DNA from: Octopus sinensis
Taxonomy: Eukaryota
Assembly (NCBI RefSeq): GCF_006345805.1
Contig: NC_043019.1
Span: 11,097,360 to 11,161,359 of the forward strand
Direction of reading: 5' to 3'
DNA: 64,000 nucleotides
In this document: in pieces, positions 37,126 through 48,362 of the stretch
Position numbering within the stretch: the stretch's first letter is position 1
How the letters are laid out: every line of letters begins with the position of its first letter
Made by a program: the position numbers and the translations under genes
The notes under the pieces: generated by a model
What the model was told of the DNA's origin: nothing
The model's database searches: none
Seen by the model: only the letters and a program-made list of their open reading frames with translations

Positions 37126-37439
37126 ACCTGTAACCAGGTAAGTGCACACCCAAGTACTTTACTGGTACTTTATTTTATCAATTAATTCCATCACCCCCTG
37201 AGATGCAATCAGCAACAGCATATCCAAACTTCGGGTCACAGGAAGCCAGCAAAACTCAACAGTCATACCCTCTTGTTGAACTCTAGTTGAGTTTTCGGCC
37301 AAAAAGGACTACTTCCCTAAAATGATCCCCACAACACGTCCGTTGCACTCAACACCCCTGTAAAGAAAGACGCTGTTCAAAGACCCCCTGCTTCTTGATG
37401 CCATGTCCCCTAGATTCTCTTCCTATTGTCATCATTCAG

Positions 37440-37810
37440 TTGGCCTCATTGAGGAAATGACAAGGGACTGGGAGATGTGGTGATTTGCAGTACTTGAGAA
37501 GACGCATCAAGCTAAGTAAAACTGATGCCATCCATCCATATAGGCTTGTCTTTTACAGGTGCCAGTGCCATTTAAAAAGTATCCATGCCGGTGCTGTGTA
37601 AACACACCTGTGCCGGTATAGCATGTAAAAGGCACCCGGCACACTCTGTTAAGTGGCTGATGTGAGGAAGGGCATCCAATCATAGAACCTATGCCACAAT
37701 AGACACCTAGAGTCAGGACAGCTCCCTGCTAGCCAACTCCATTATTAAACTGTCCAACCCATGTCAGCATGGAAAGCGGACGTTAAAGGACGATGATGAT
37801 GATGATGACG
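37440..37810 (+). mobile_element. Old RTE 3' end
   Basis: GLIEEMTRDWEMW*FAVLEK-type C-terminus, 3' UTR and (GAT/GAC)n tail. Confidence 0.8.
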
Positions 37811-38224
37811 ACGACAACGATGACGACAACAATGATGACGATGATGATAACGGTGGTGGTGGGGAACTTAGTCATTCTCAAGCTGCTGTTTGGAACAAAA
37901 TTTGATATGAAATTTTTTGATGGAAGGTTTTAGAAGTTTGTATCATAGGACCAGGGGTGGTCTCAGGCAAGTTGATATCAAAAGAGTTAAACACTCATCA
38001 CAAACATCAAATTCTGATGTAATACCAAAATCTATTCTGAAGAGAACAAAAGAACAAAATCAATAAGACAAAATTGAACAAAACCATATTTGTATGATTG
38101 AACAAAACAAACTTTCTCTGAGGTCAACAAAGAAACAGGCCACTGCCTCCTAAACCGTTCTATATTGAACACTTTTATGGAAAACTACCATGTAGCATTA
38201 AATGGAGGTATATGTATATGTATA

Positions 38225-38272
<48 letters not shown>

Positions 38273-38371
38273 TTGAGGGAATATTATTCCAAACTTACAG
38301 GGAAAAATTCAATTTAGAAATACTAAATCAAATTTCACAAAATATAATATATATATATATATATATATAAA

Positions 38372-38565
38372 GTTAATCCAAACAAGAAAGCACAAAAAAA
38401 CACAACAATGCAAGGACGTGGAACAAATATAGTATTATTGGACACTCAGGAAAGAAAGAAGGTTTAACGTTTCGAGCAGAGCTCTTTGTCGGAAACATAG
38501 GAGAAGGAAAGATCCAGAGAAGGGAAGACAGGAAAAAAATCCCCAACGCTACACACGAGGTCACG
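38372..38565 (-). mobile_element. Short repeat family P1 with hammerhead-like motif
   Basis: Reverse complement of 44500-44702. Confidence 0.8.
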
Positions 38566-38634
38566 TATATACACACACATAGACACACACATGTTTATAT
38601 TGGTGTAGATAGATAGTTAGATAGATAGATATCA

Positions 38635-38950
38635 TCATCATCATCATCATTTAACGTTCGTTGTCCATGCTGGCATGGATTGGATGGTTTGACAGGGCTG
38701 GCATGCTGAAAGGCTGCACCAGACGGTTTTGGCATGGTTTTCTACAACTGGATACCCTTCCTAACACCAATCACTCCGAGAGTGTAATGGGTGTTTTTAT
38801 GTGCCATTTGCGTGACACCAGTATCTGCCATGACTGCAATTTTGTTTGGCTAGATGGGTCTTCTTCTCAAGCACAACATAATGCCAAAGATCTCGGTCAG
38901 TGCCTCCATGAGGCCCAACAGTCAAAAAGAACTCAGCCACTTTGCCACTG
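38635..38950 (-). mobile_element. Degenerate RTE 3' UTR
   Basis: catcatcatttaacgttcg...ggatacccttcctaacaccaatcactccgagagtgta. Confidence 0.8.
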
Positions 38951-38957
38951 TGAATCC

Positions 38958-38998
<41 letters not shown>

Positions 38999-39269
38999 TT
39001 ATATGTGTATAAATAGATAGTTAGATATGTTTGTGTATGTGTGTGTGTCTGTGTGTACATATGTTATTGTCAAACAGTGAGAAGGAGTGAATAAATAGGA
39101 AAGGCAGAGAAAAAAGAGAAGAATGTCAATTTCATCCAAGACAAAGACAAACACCAACGTCCCAAGCAACAGGCTTGAAAATTGTTGAGAGATATATTTC
39201 TCTTAACATGAAACCAATAATAGCCTGGTTAATCCACAAATAGAGTATATACATATATAGATAAAGATA

Positions 39270-39997
39270 GATATGGCCAGTCTATGGGGTTACCCTGGGT
39301 TTCATGTCCATAAAGAGCTGAGCTTTACAGCGTTTCTTCAGACCCTAAGCCTGTTGGCCTATGGCCTCTTTAGAAAATGGAGGAAGAAAAGACTTTCCTA
39401 CTCTAGGTCAACAATAAGGGATTGTCTCTCTTTGACTGCTATTTGTAATTGACCCTGGTGGCATGTGGATCCCAGGATGCCAGCAGGAATTTCCTGAAGA
39501 TGCTGTTTCTGTAGCAGCAGCAGCAGCATCAACATTAACAGAAACAACATCACCAACACCTGCATACAGATACATTGGATGTTCCAGTAGCATGTTCAAA
39601 CAATGCCTCTACAACCACAGATCCTCTTTCAGGATCTCAGAAGGGAGATACGCTACATCCTTAGCCAGCCATGTGTGGTGCTGAAAGATGACAGGTCTCC
39701 ACACGTAATATCATGGAAGATCCTAGAAAATCCTGGACCCAACATAAATGGGACCTAGCATTGTAAACTGTGCTTAGCTAAACAGACAAGGATGTTAAAG
39801 GGTTCCCTCAATCCAGGTAACATCCTTAACTCCAGGATGGAGGTCTTCGGACCCTGCTTGCACTTCAGGAAATTCAAACTGGCATCCTAGGATCCATAAG
39901 CCATAAGGGTCAATTACGAATAGCGGTCAAAGGGAGCCAATCCCTTGTTGACATAAGGTAATGAAATCTTTTCCTCCTCCATTTCCTAGAGAGGCCA
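39270..39997 (+). mobile_element. Penelope-like element remnant: GIY-YIG endonuclease C-terminus with inverted pseudo-LTR
   Basis: 39565-39890 reads RYIGCSSSMFKQCLYNHRSSFR...YATSLASHVW-LKDD...ISWKILE...CKLCLAK...ILNSRMEV...CLHFRKFKL; arms 39362-39456 and 39906-39997 are inverted repeats. Confidence 0.85.
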
Positions 39998-40019
39998 CTT
40001 GCTAGAGAGGCCACCTGCT

Positions 40020-40130
40020 AGAGAAAGTCTTTTATGTTTCGAGCCTATGCTCTTCAGCAAAAAGGAATATGAGGAAATAAACAGAGAGAAAATAAAAAAC
40101 TTATGGATTTAGTGATCAATAATGGCAACT
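40020..40130 (-). mobile_element. Short repeat family P2 (hammerhead-like motif, degenerate)
   Basis: Similar to 45180-45365 and 60840-61025. Confidence 0.65.
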
Positions 40131-40196
40131 TATATCTATACATACATACATATATATATATATATAACAATAATAAATCTCTAAGGTATATATATG

Positions 40197-40233
<37 letters not shown>

Positions 40234-40840
40234 GTGTGTGTGTGTGCAGGCTATATGCATGTGTGTGTCAGTGTTTGTGTATGTGTGTGTGTGTGCATAA
40301 ATGCATGTTTTTTCGATGGTAGCTCTCATCGTGTAAATAGTGTGGTCGTAGTAGTGTTGTGGAGAGTAGTGGTGGTGGTGGTGGTGATGGTGGTGGTGGT
40401 GTTGACTGTCACCATTAAAGAAAGTGGTATCAAATGCATCGTGATCCTCTTCATCATCGTCGTCGTCGTCATCGTCATCATCATCATCATCATCACCACC
40501 ATCATTATTGTTATTATCATCATTGTCATCATTATTAGTGTTATTCTCTCAATTAACAGTTAAACAATAAAGATTACTGTAATCCGAGGAATTGATGAAG
40601 GTTAATCTCAAACAGAGACACCAGTTACTTGTACTGAGACTGGATAATCCACAATGAGCAACAGATAATCCTTCTGGATCTTCCAGTATATTTCGTATAT
40701 AGATTAGTGGTGCAGATGATGCAGTACATTCGACTAGACATATCATATTTGGTGGATGATGACATGGGTTCTAATCACACCAAAGTTGAGAATTATTTTT
40801 AAGGATTTAAGTCACACAAGGGGATGGCTGCACAAGAGCA

Positions 40841-41118
40841 GCCACCAAGATACAAATTTCAAGGGCCACCAACACACAGTTTCAGGGACCACTGAGATAC
40901 AACTTCAGGAGCTGCCAAAAAAGAGTTTTAAAGGCTGTCAAGACACAATTTCAGGGACTACTGAGACACAACTTCAGAGGCCACCAATATGCAGTTTCAA
41001 GGGTCACCAAGATAAAGTTTCAGGGGTTGCCAAAACACATGTTCAGCAGTTTCCAAGATATAAGTTCAGGGGTTGCTGAGACACAACTTCAGGGGCCACC
41101 AAGACACAGTTTCAAAAT
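40841..41118. repeat. Diverged 23-bp minisatellite, ~12 units
   Basis: Consensus about CCACCAAGACACAGTTTCAGGGG; unit length is conserved despite many substitutions. Confidence 0.85.
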
Positions 41119-41288
41119 CTTGGGGTGAATAAATAAGCATTACATTTGATAGAGTAATCTGAGTGCTAACGAGTTAAAGAAGTTTTCTTGATGACTGTGG
41201 ATGGATCTTCCTATTTCTACAAGTTTTTTGGTCTCCTTGTTAAGGGGAAATATTCTTTACAACTAATATATTGCAACATCTCTACAAG

Positions 41289-41507
41289 CCTTTAACATTT
41301 AAACTGGCCATCTCCAGCTCAAATAGTCTACCTGTTTTATGTTAACACTGGCCAGATCCAACCTCTCACACCTACCCTACAATGTCATTCTAAAAATATA
41401 CAATCACATCATAAAAATCTTAAAGCTATGAGATAATGGATGATTAATTCAAAACATTGTGAATAAATAAGAATTACATTTGACAGAGTAATCTGAATGG
41501 TAAAGGG
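41289..41507 (+). mobile_element. piggyBac-like MITE copy
   Basis: cctttaacatttaaactggcc...aatggtaaaggg|ctaa, homologous to 18555-18771. Confidence 0.8.
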
Positions 41508-41580
41508 CTAAAGAAGTTTTGGATCACATATGCATGTGTTTGAGAGAGAGAGAGAGAGAGAGTGACAGAGAGAGTGTGTG

Positions 41581-41612
<32 letters not shown>

Positions 41613-41986
41613 CAAGTGTACGTGTGTACGTATCTGAATATATGTGTGTGTATGCGTCTCCTTGTTTGTTTATCAATATCGATAACGCAGCAAATGATTT
41701 GAGCTCAAATGCTGGCATTTCATTGGTTAAAATTCGAAGAATTAAACTACATTAAACTTACAAATTACAATTTTCTCAAAAAAGCCAAGTGAAAATAATG
41801 TTTTCTTTTGACACATTCTACCAGTATACGAAGTTTCAAATTGTTTAGTTAACTAGAAATTCAGTCCATCAAAAAGAAAATATCCGAAGTTTTCTTGGCA
41901 ATGTTCTTACTTGTGCAAACCTTTTGGTCCCCTTGTGATAGGGAATTATTTTTTTTGCTGCTTATATACTGCAACACCTCCTTGGT

Positions 41987-42205
41987 CATTTAGCATTTAA
42001 ACTAGTCATACCCGGCCCAAATATTCTACTTGCTTTATATCCAAACTGGCCAGATCCAACCTCTCACATCTACCCTACAAGGTCATTCTAAAAATAAACA
42101 GTTACATCATCAAAATCTTGAAGCTATGAGATAATGCATGATTAATTGAAAACTTTATGAAAAAATAAATATTACATTTGACAGAGTAATCTGAATGCTA
42201 AAGGA
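41987..42205 (+). mobile_element. piggyBac-like MITE copy
   Basis: catttagcatttaaact...aatgctaaagga|ttaa. Confidence 0.8.
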
Positions 42206-42894
42206 TTAAACAAAATTTAGCTTCTATTTCTTGCAGGACAAATATTGATTCATAAAATTGTTTTAATCACAGCAGACTTTAGAGTAAATAAGAATATCTT
42301 GGTGTACTTTCTATTTAAAGAAAATAAAATGTATCAGATTATGTAATTTAGTTTTTATCTTTTTTAATACTGACTTCTCGCTTAAAGCATTTCTGGTTCT
42401 ATAATACAAACATCTCATTTTAAAGTGATAAAAAAAAAATTTTCCATCAAAATTTCATGTAAACTTATGTTCTTAACAATGAAAAAGAGTTTCATTTTTG
42501 GATTTGGTTTGCAAAATTCTATATATGAGTTCGTGTGTTGAAGCATATCCTGTTGTGTCTGGGGAGAGTTATTTTCTTTTTGGGCCTTATAATGTAACAC
42601 ACTCACCGGTAAAATTTCCACTTATTTCTTATTTTTATTTTCCTAAAATTTTCGTTGCGTCTTGCAGCCTTTTCAATAGTCTTGACATAGAATGACATTG
42701 TAAGTTAGGTGTAAGAGGCTGAATCAGGCTAGTGTTTACATAAAACAGGTAGAATATTTGAGCTGGAGACGGCCAGTTTAAATGCTAAAGGCTTGTAGAG
42801 ATGTTGAAATATATTAGTTGTAAAGAATATTTCCCCATAACAAGGAGACCAAAAAAGTTATTTTTCTAGATTCTTCACTATAGGTGTATTATAT

Positions 42895-43313
42895 AGGCTC
42901 AGGCATAGCTGAGTGACAAGAAGTTTGCTTCCCAAGCACATGGTTCTGGGTTCATTCCCACTGAATGGCATCTTAGGCATATGTCTCCTACTATAGCCTT
43001 GGGCCAACAAAGCCTTGTGAATGGATTTAGTAGACAGAAACTGAAAGAAGCCAATCATGTCTGTGTGTTTTTGTGTCTGTGTGTTTTTGTGTCTGTGTGT
43101 TTTTGTGTCTGTGTTTGTCTCACCATCACTGCTTGACAACTAGTGTTGGTGTGTTTATGTCTTAATAACTTAGCAATTCAGCAAAAGTGACCAATAGAAT
43201 AAATACCAGGCTTAAAAAAATTAAAAAATGACTGGGGTCAATTCATTCTGCTAAAAGTTCTTCAAAGCAGTGCCCCAGCATGGCCACAGTCTAATGACTG
43301 AAACAAGTAAAAG
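42895..43313 (+). mobile_element. SINE B
   Basis: Head through the tail tgactgaaacaagtaaaag. Confidence 0.85.
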
Positions 43314-43595
43314 TGTAGTAGTAGTAGTAGTAGAGGATATAGTAGTAGTAGTAGTAGTAGTAGTAGTAGAGGATATAGTAGTAGTAGTAGTAGTAGTAGT
43401 AGTAATAGTAGTAGTAGAGGATATAGTAGTAGTAGTAGTAGTAGTAGTAGAGGATATAGTAGTAGTAGTGGTGGTGGTGGTAGTGGTGGTGCTGCTGCTG
43501 CTGGTTATGGTTGTGGTTGTGGTGGTAGTAATAGTAGTAGTAGTAGTAGCAGTTGTCTATGTTGTTGCCACAGTTGTAGTTAATATTGTTACTGT

Positions 43596-43642
<47 letters not shown>

Positions 43643-43652
43643 TAGTAGTAGT

Positions 43653-43686
<34 letters not shown>

Positions 43687-43926
43687 GATATAGTAGTAGT
43701 AGTAGTAGTAGTAGTAGTAGAGATATAGTAGTAGTAGTAGTAGTAGAGGATATAGTAGTAGTAGTATAGTAGTAGTAGTAGAGGATATAGTAGTAGTAGT
43801 GGTGGTGGTGGTAGTGGTGGTGCTGCTGCTGCTGGTTATGGTTGTGGTTGTGGTGGTAGTAATAGTAGTAGTAGTAGTAGCAGTTGTCTATGTTGTTGCC
43901 ACAGTTGTAGTTAATATTGTTACTGT

Positions 43927-43990
<64 letters not shown>

Positions 43991-44040
43991 ACAGCAGCAG
44001 AAGCAGTAGTAATAGTAGTAGTAGTAGTTGTAGTAGTTGG
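43313..44040. repeat. (GTA/GCA)n array with ~330-bp duplication
   Basis: The unique block gcagttgtctatgttgttgccacagttgtagttaatattgttactg occurs twice (~43549 and ~43878). Confidence 0.9.
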
Positions 44041-44499
44041 TGTTGCCTAAATTAATTACTTCTCTGTTTACTCAACTAACTGAATTAAAAATGCCTAACA
44101 CCTTCCCCAGACCGACCCCTTTACTACAGCCTAATCAGCTTACACTAATTAGTTAATCCCTTTATTACTCAACAACTTCAATTATTGATTGGAAGATTAA
44201 ATCATTGTCACTGTATAGTGATGGTGGTGGTGGTGGTGGTGGTGGCGGTGGTGATGGTGGTGGTGGTGGTAGTGATGTAACTGTTCATGTTGTTGTTATG
44301 TTTGTTGTTTAGTCAGTCAGTGCTGACTAAGCAGACATATGATCATTGGCATTCCAACTGTGACCACCATGCCTTTATGGTGATATATATATATATATAT
44401 ATGTGTGTGTATGTATGTATGTATGTATGTATGTATGTATGTATGCATGCATGCATGTATGTATGTATGTGACCCTTTTCCTTCCGGTCTTTCAAAATG

Positions 44500-44702
44500 T
44501 GACCTCGTGTGTACCGTTGGCGATTTTTTTCCTCTGTCTTCCCTTCTCTGGATCTTTCCTTCTCCTATGTTTCCGACGAAGAGCTCCGCTCGAAACGTTA
44601 AACCCTCCTCCTTTCCTTCTTTCCTGAGTGTCCAATAATACTATATTTGTTCCACGTCCTCACGTTGTTGTGTTTTTTTGTGCTTTCTTGTTTGGATTAA
44701 CT
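44500..44702 (+). mobile_element. Short repeat family P1 with hammerhead-like motif
   Basis: Second copy at 38372-38565; flanked by (TATG)n. Confidence 0.8.
44569..44603 (+). ncRNA. Candidate minimal type I hammerhead ribozyme
   Basis: GTTT-CCGACGA-A-GAGC-TCC-GCTC-GAAA-C-GTT-AAAC gives stem I, stem II and a palindromic AACGTT stem III; the core differs from CUGANGA at U4. Confidence 0.55.
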
Positions 44703-44755
44703 ATGTATGTATGTATGTACGTATGTATGTATGTATGTATGTATGTATGTATGTG

Positions 44756-44786
<31 letters not shown>

Positions 44787-45179
44787 GAGACAGTCTTCTT
44801 TCAGTTTGTATCTAGCAAACCCACTCTCAAAGCTTCGGTTGGTGGCTGGGGTGATAATAGAAGAACTTTTCAAAGATGCCATGCAGTGGGACTGAAACCA
44901 AAACCATGAGGCTGAGAAGCAAATTTCTTACCACGCAGCCACACCTTCACCTATGTATTGAAAATAACAGATATAAGCAAAAAACAAAATATGAGATATA
45001 ACTTGGATGTATAGTTAAAAAATTAACTTTGTAACCACCTTGCTTTAAGTTCATTTCCATTGTGTGACACCATGAGCAAATAAATGTCTTTTAGAATAGA
45101 TCATGGCCAATCAATGACTTGTGAATGAATCTGGGAGATAGAAACTGAATAAAGCCTGTTGAATATTTTATGGTCAGAC

Positions 45180-45365
45180 GCCATGATAGATCATTAGCCA
45201 CTTAACACATTTTTTTTCTCTCCTTGTTTTTTCTGTGTTCCTTTCTGCAGAAGAGCGTAGGCTTGAAACATAAAAGTCTTTTTCTATTCCTGAGCGTTAT
45301 ACTAATACATCTGTTTGTTTTGTACACCACCTGTCTTCGTCTTTTGTTTTTTTCGTAAACTCTCC
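45180..45365 (+). mobile_element. Short repeat family P2
   Basis: cttt-CTGCAGA-A-GAGC-gtag-GCTT-GAAA-C-ATA-aaag; copies at 40020-40130 and 60840-61025, partial at 54840-54905. Confidence 0.7.
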
Positions 45366-46158
45366 CTATATATATATATATATATATGTTTGTATGTATG
45401 TATGTATGTATGTATGTTTGATTGTATGTATGTATGTATGTATATTTGTATGTATAGGTATTTTGGTGTAAACAGGAAAAATAGAACTCGAAATATGAGT
45501 ATATATATATACTTTTTTCCCTTTTTATTTCTGTTCTTATTTATCTATGTATTTGCTTATTGAACAAGATAACAGGCAAACTTTTTGAATTATCCATGTG
45601 ACATTATTATATTTCATTCTAGAATATTCCATAGGGAAATATATTTATTTATTTATCAACAGCCATATAAACCCACAGGCCTTCAACCTGAGACTAGTTT
45701 GATAAGTACCATGGCACAAAACTCTTGGACCTTGTATAACTGTTACTTCTGCTAGATATTAATAGTGAAAATCAAGTTTGGGATTAACTAATTCATATTT
45801 TTGTTCATTTGAGTGTTATAATGGTGTGCCTCATGAATTCTCTTTTTCGTAGTTTGGGTTTTAACTGGCCTTTTTAGCATGTAAGGATAGATAGATAGAT
45901 AGATAGATAGTGATATACATATATATTCTTTTATTCTTTTATTTGTTTGAGCCATACTGGAGCACTGCCCTGAAGGGTTTTAGTCAAAGCCTTATTCTTT
46001 GTACTTATTCTATCAGCCCCTTTGATGAACTGCTAAGTTATGGGGACATAAGCACACCAGCATTGGTTGTCAAGCGATGGTGGGGGAACAAATACAGACA
46101 CACACACATGCACACATAAACACATACATACATAAACACATACATACATATATATATA

Positions 46159-47047
46159 CAGGGTGTGGTGAATGCACTGTCATTTAAATTACACAAAATG
46201 AAAATAACACAAAATGAAAATAATATCAACATCTCATTTTAACAGATATATTTACCAAAATTACATTAAAATATCTTGAAATACTAAAGAGTAAATTTAT
46301 TCAATAAAATCGCCATTGGCTTCAACCACAGCCTCCAGACGACTTCAGAATCTCCTGCAATTCTTTTGGACGGTTTCCTTGTTTAAGTTAGTGAATGCTG
46401 CCATAATCCTTGCCTTCAGTTCATCTTTGGTGTTACAAGGGGTTTTGTTGGTCTCTCGCTCAACTGCGCCCCACACATAATAATCAAGGGGGTTGCAGTC
46501 TGGGGAGTTAGGCGACCAGATGTTAGGAGTGATGTGGTTGCAGAAATTGTCTGACAGCCACGACTGGGTTCTCCTGCTTGTGTGGCATGGTGCAGAGTCC
46601 TGTTGCCAGACATGGGGGTCTTCCAGCAACCACCCTCTTGACCCAGGGCAGCACTGCCTCCTCCAGGCACTTGATGTAAGCCACTGTATTTAATCTAAGG
46701 CTGTGTGGGAAGATGAATGAAGGCATAACATCGCCATCACTAGTGATCACTTGAAACACCATGGTGTTGACTGGATGTTTGATTTTCATCGCTCTTGGTA
46801 CATGTCCACAGATTGACACCCAAACACTCTGCAATGTTCGTATTAGAGCTTCCGGCATGAATGCCAAGCAGTACAGCCTGTCATTTCCAAATTTCTGGCA
46901 GAGTGAATTGTGTCATGGTGCTGTTCTTCTCACAGATGGTGCCCAACTGCCCATACTATACTGTGTAGTCAACAAAATCAAAAACAAATAATGTGCATGC
47001 GCAAAATTAAAAATATAAAATGTTGACAATTTAGCCATTGCACCCTG
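46159..47047 (-). mobile_element. Tc1/mariner DD37D (maT-type) transposon, internally deleted
   Basis: TA|CAGGGTG ... CACCCTG|TA. The minus strand reads WQQDSAPCHT...WSPNSPDCNPLDYYVWG with 37 residues between the 2nd and 3rd catalytic Asp; the N-terminal half is missing. Confidence 0.9.
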
Positions 47048-47229
47048 TATATATATATGACTGGCCTCTTCCAGTTTCTGTCTACCAAATCCACTTGCAA
47101 GGCTTTGGCCAGCCCAAGACTATAGTAGAAGACATTTGCCCAAAGGGCCGTGCAGTGGGACTGAACCTGGAACCATGTGGTTGGGAAGCAAGCTTCTCAC
47201 CACACAATTTATATATATATATCTTCTAC

Positions 47230-47640
47230 TCTCTTTTACTTGTTTCAGTCATTTGACTGCGGCCATGCTGGAACACCACCTTTAGTCAAGCAAACCGGCC
47301 CCAGGACTTATTCTTTGTAAACCTAGAACATATCCTATCGCTGTCTTTTGCCAAACCACTAAGTTATGGAGACGTAAACAGACCACCATCGGTTGTCAAG
47401 CGATCTTGGGGGGACAAACACAGAGACACAAACATATACACATATATATATTATATATATAATATATATATATATACATATATACGACAGGCTTCTTTCA
47501 GTTTCCGTCTACCAAATCCACTTACAAGGCTTTGGTTGGCCCGAGGCTATAGTAGAAGACACTTGCCCAAGGTGCCACACAGTGGGACCGAACCCGGAAC
47601 CATGTGGTTGGTAAGCAAGCTACTTACCACACAGCCACTA
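47230..47640 (-). mobile_element. SINE B, full length
   Basis: Reverse-complement tail, core and head; 31-bp duplication at the head. Confidence 0.9.
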
Positions 47641-47676
47641 CTGCACCTGTTACTTACCACACAGCCACTCCTGCAG

Positions 47677-47716
<40 letters not shown>

Positions 47717-47751
47717 GCACACATACACACACGCGCGCACGCACACACACA

Positions 47752-47791
<40 letters not shown>

Positions 47792-48225
47792 CACACACAC
47801 ACACAATATAGTGAATGTGATGTAGCGGTGTAGCATGTGATTTCCATTTGTCTCTCTCTATATTGATCGATGCTACCATGTGATGCTGCATTAAATTTTC
47901 ACTGCTGAAAACTGTGTCATTTGTGCATGCTGACACAAGGACTGCTGTCACTGCTGCTGCTGCTGCTGCTGCTGCTTTGTCCCATGACTGTCAACACAGT
48001 AGAAGGCTCCATGTCACTGGTGTTCATTATCGTATCACATGACACTTGATGCAGCCAGCCACCAAGGGTGCCACTATGTGGTCTGGTGACGTGCTAGAAA
48101 TACCAGTGAAATCTCCCTCAAACCGAATCATACCGTTTTAGATATAGTGAAGACACATTAGATAATGTAGTCCTAGATACTCTTAAACGGGTGAAGCTGG
48201 AGGGAAGGATCACCGATTGAATAAC

Positions 48226-48279
<54 letters not shown>

Positions 48280-48362
48280 TATGTGTGTGTTAAGGTATCT
48301 TAATTACAATTTCCATTTGATTTTCATTTTGATGTTTGTGTTAATAATAATAATTATTATCA

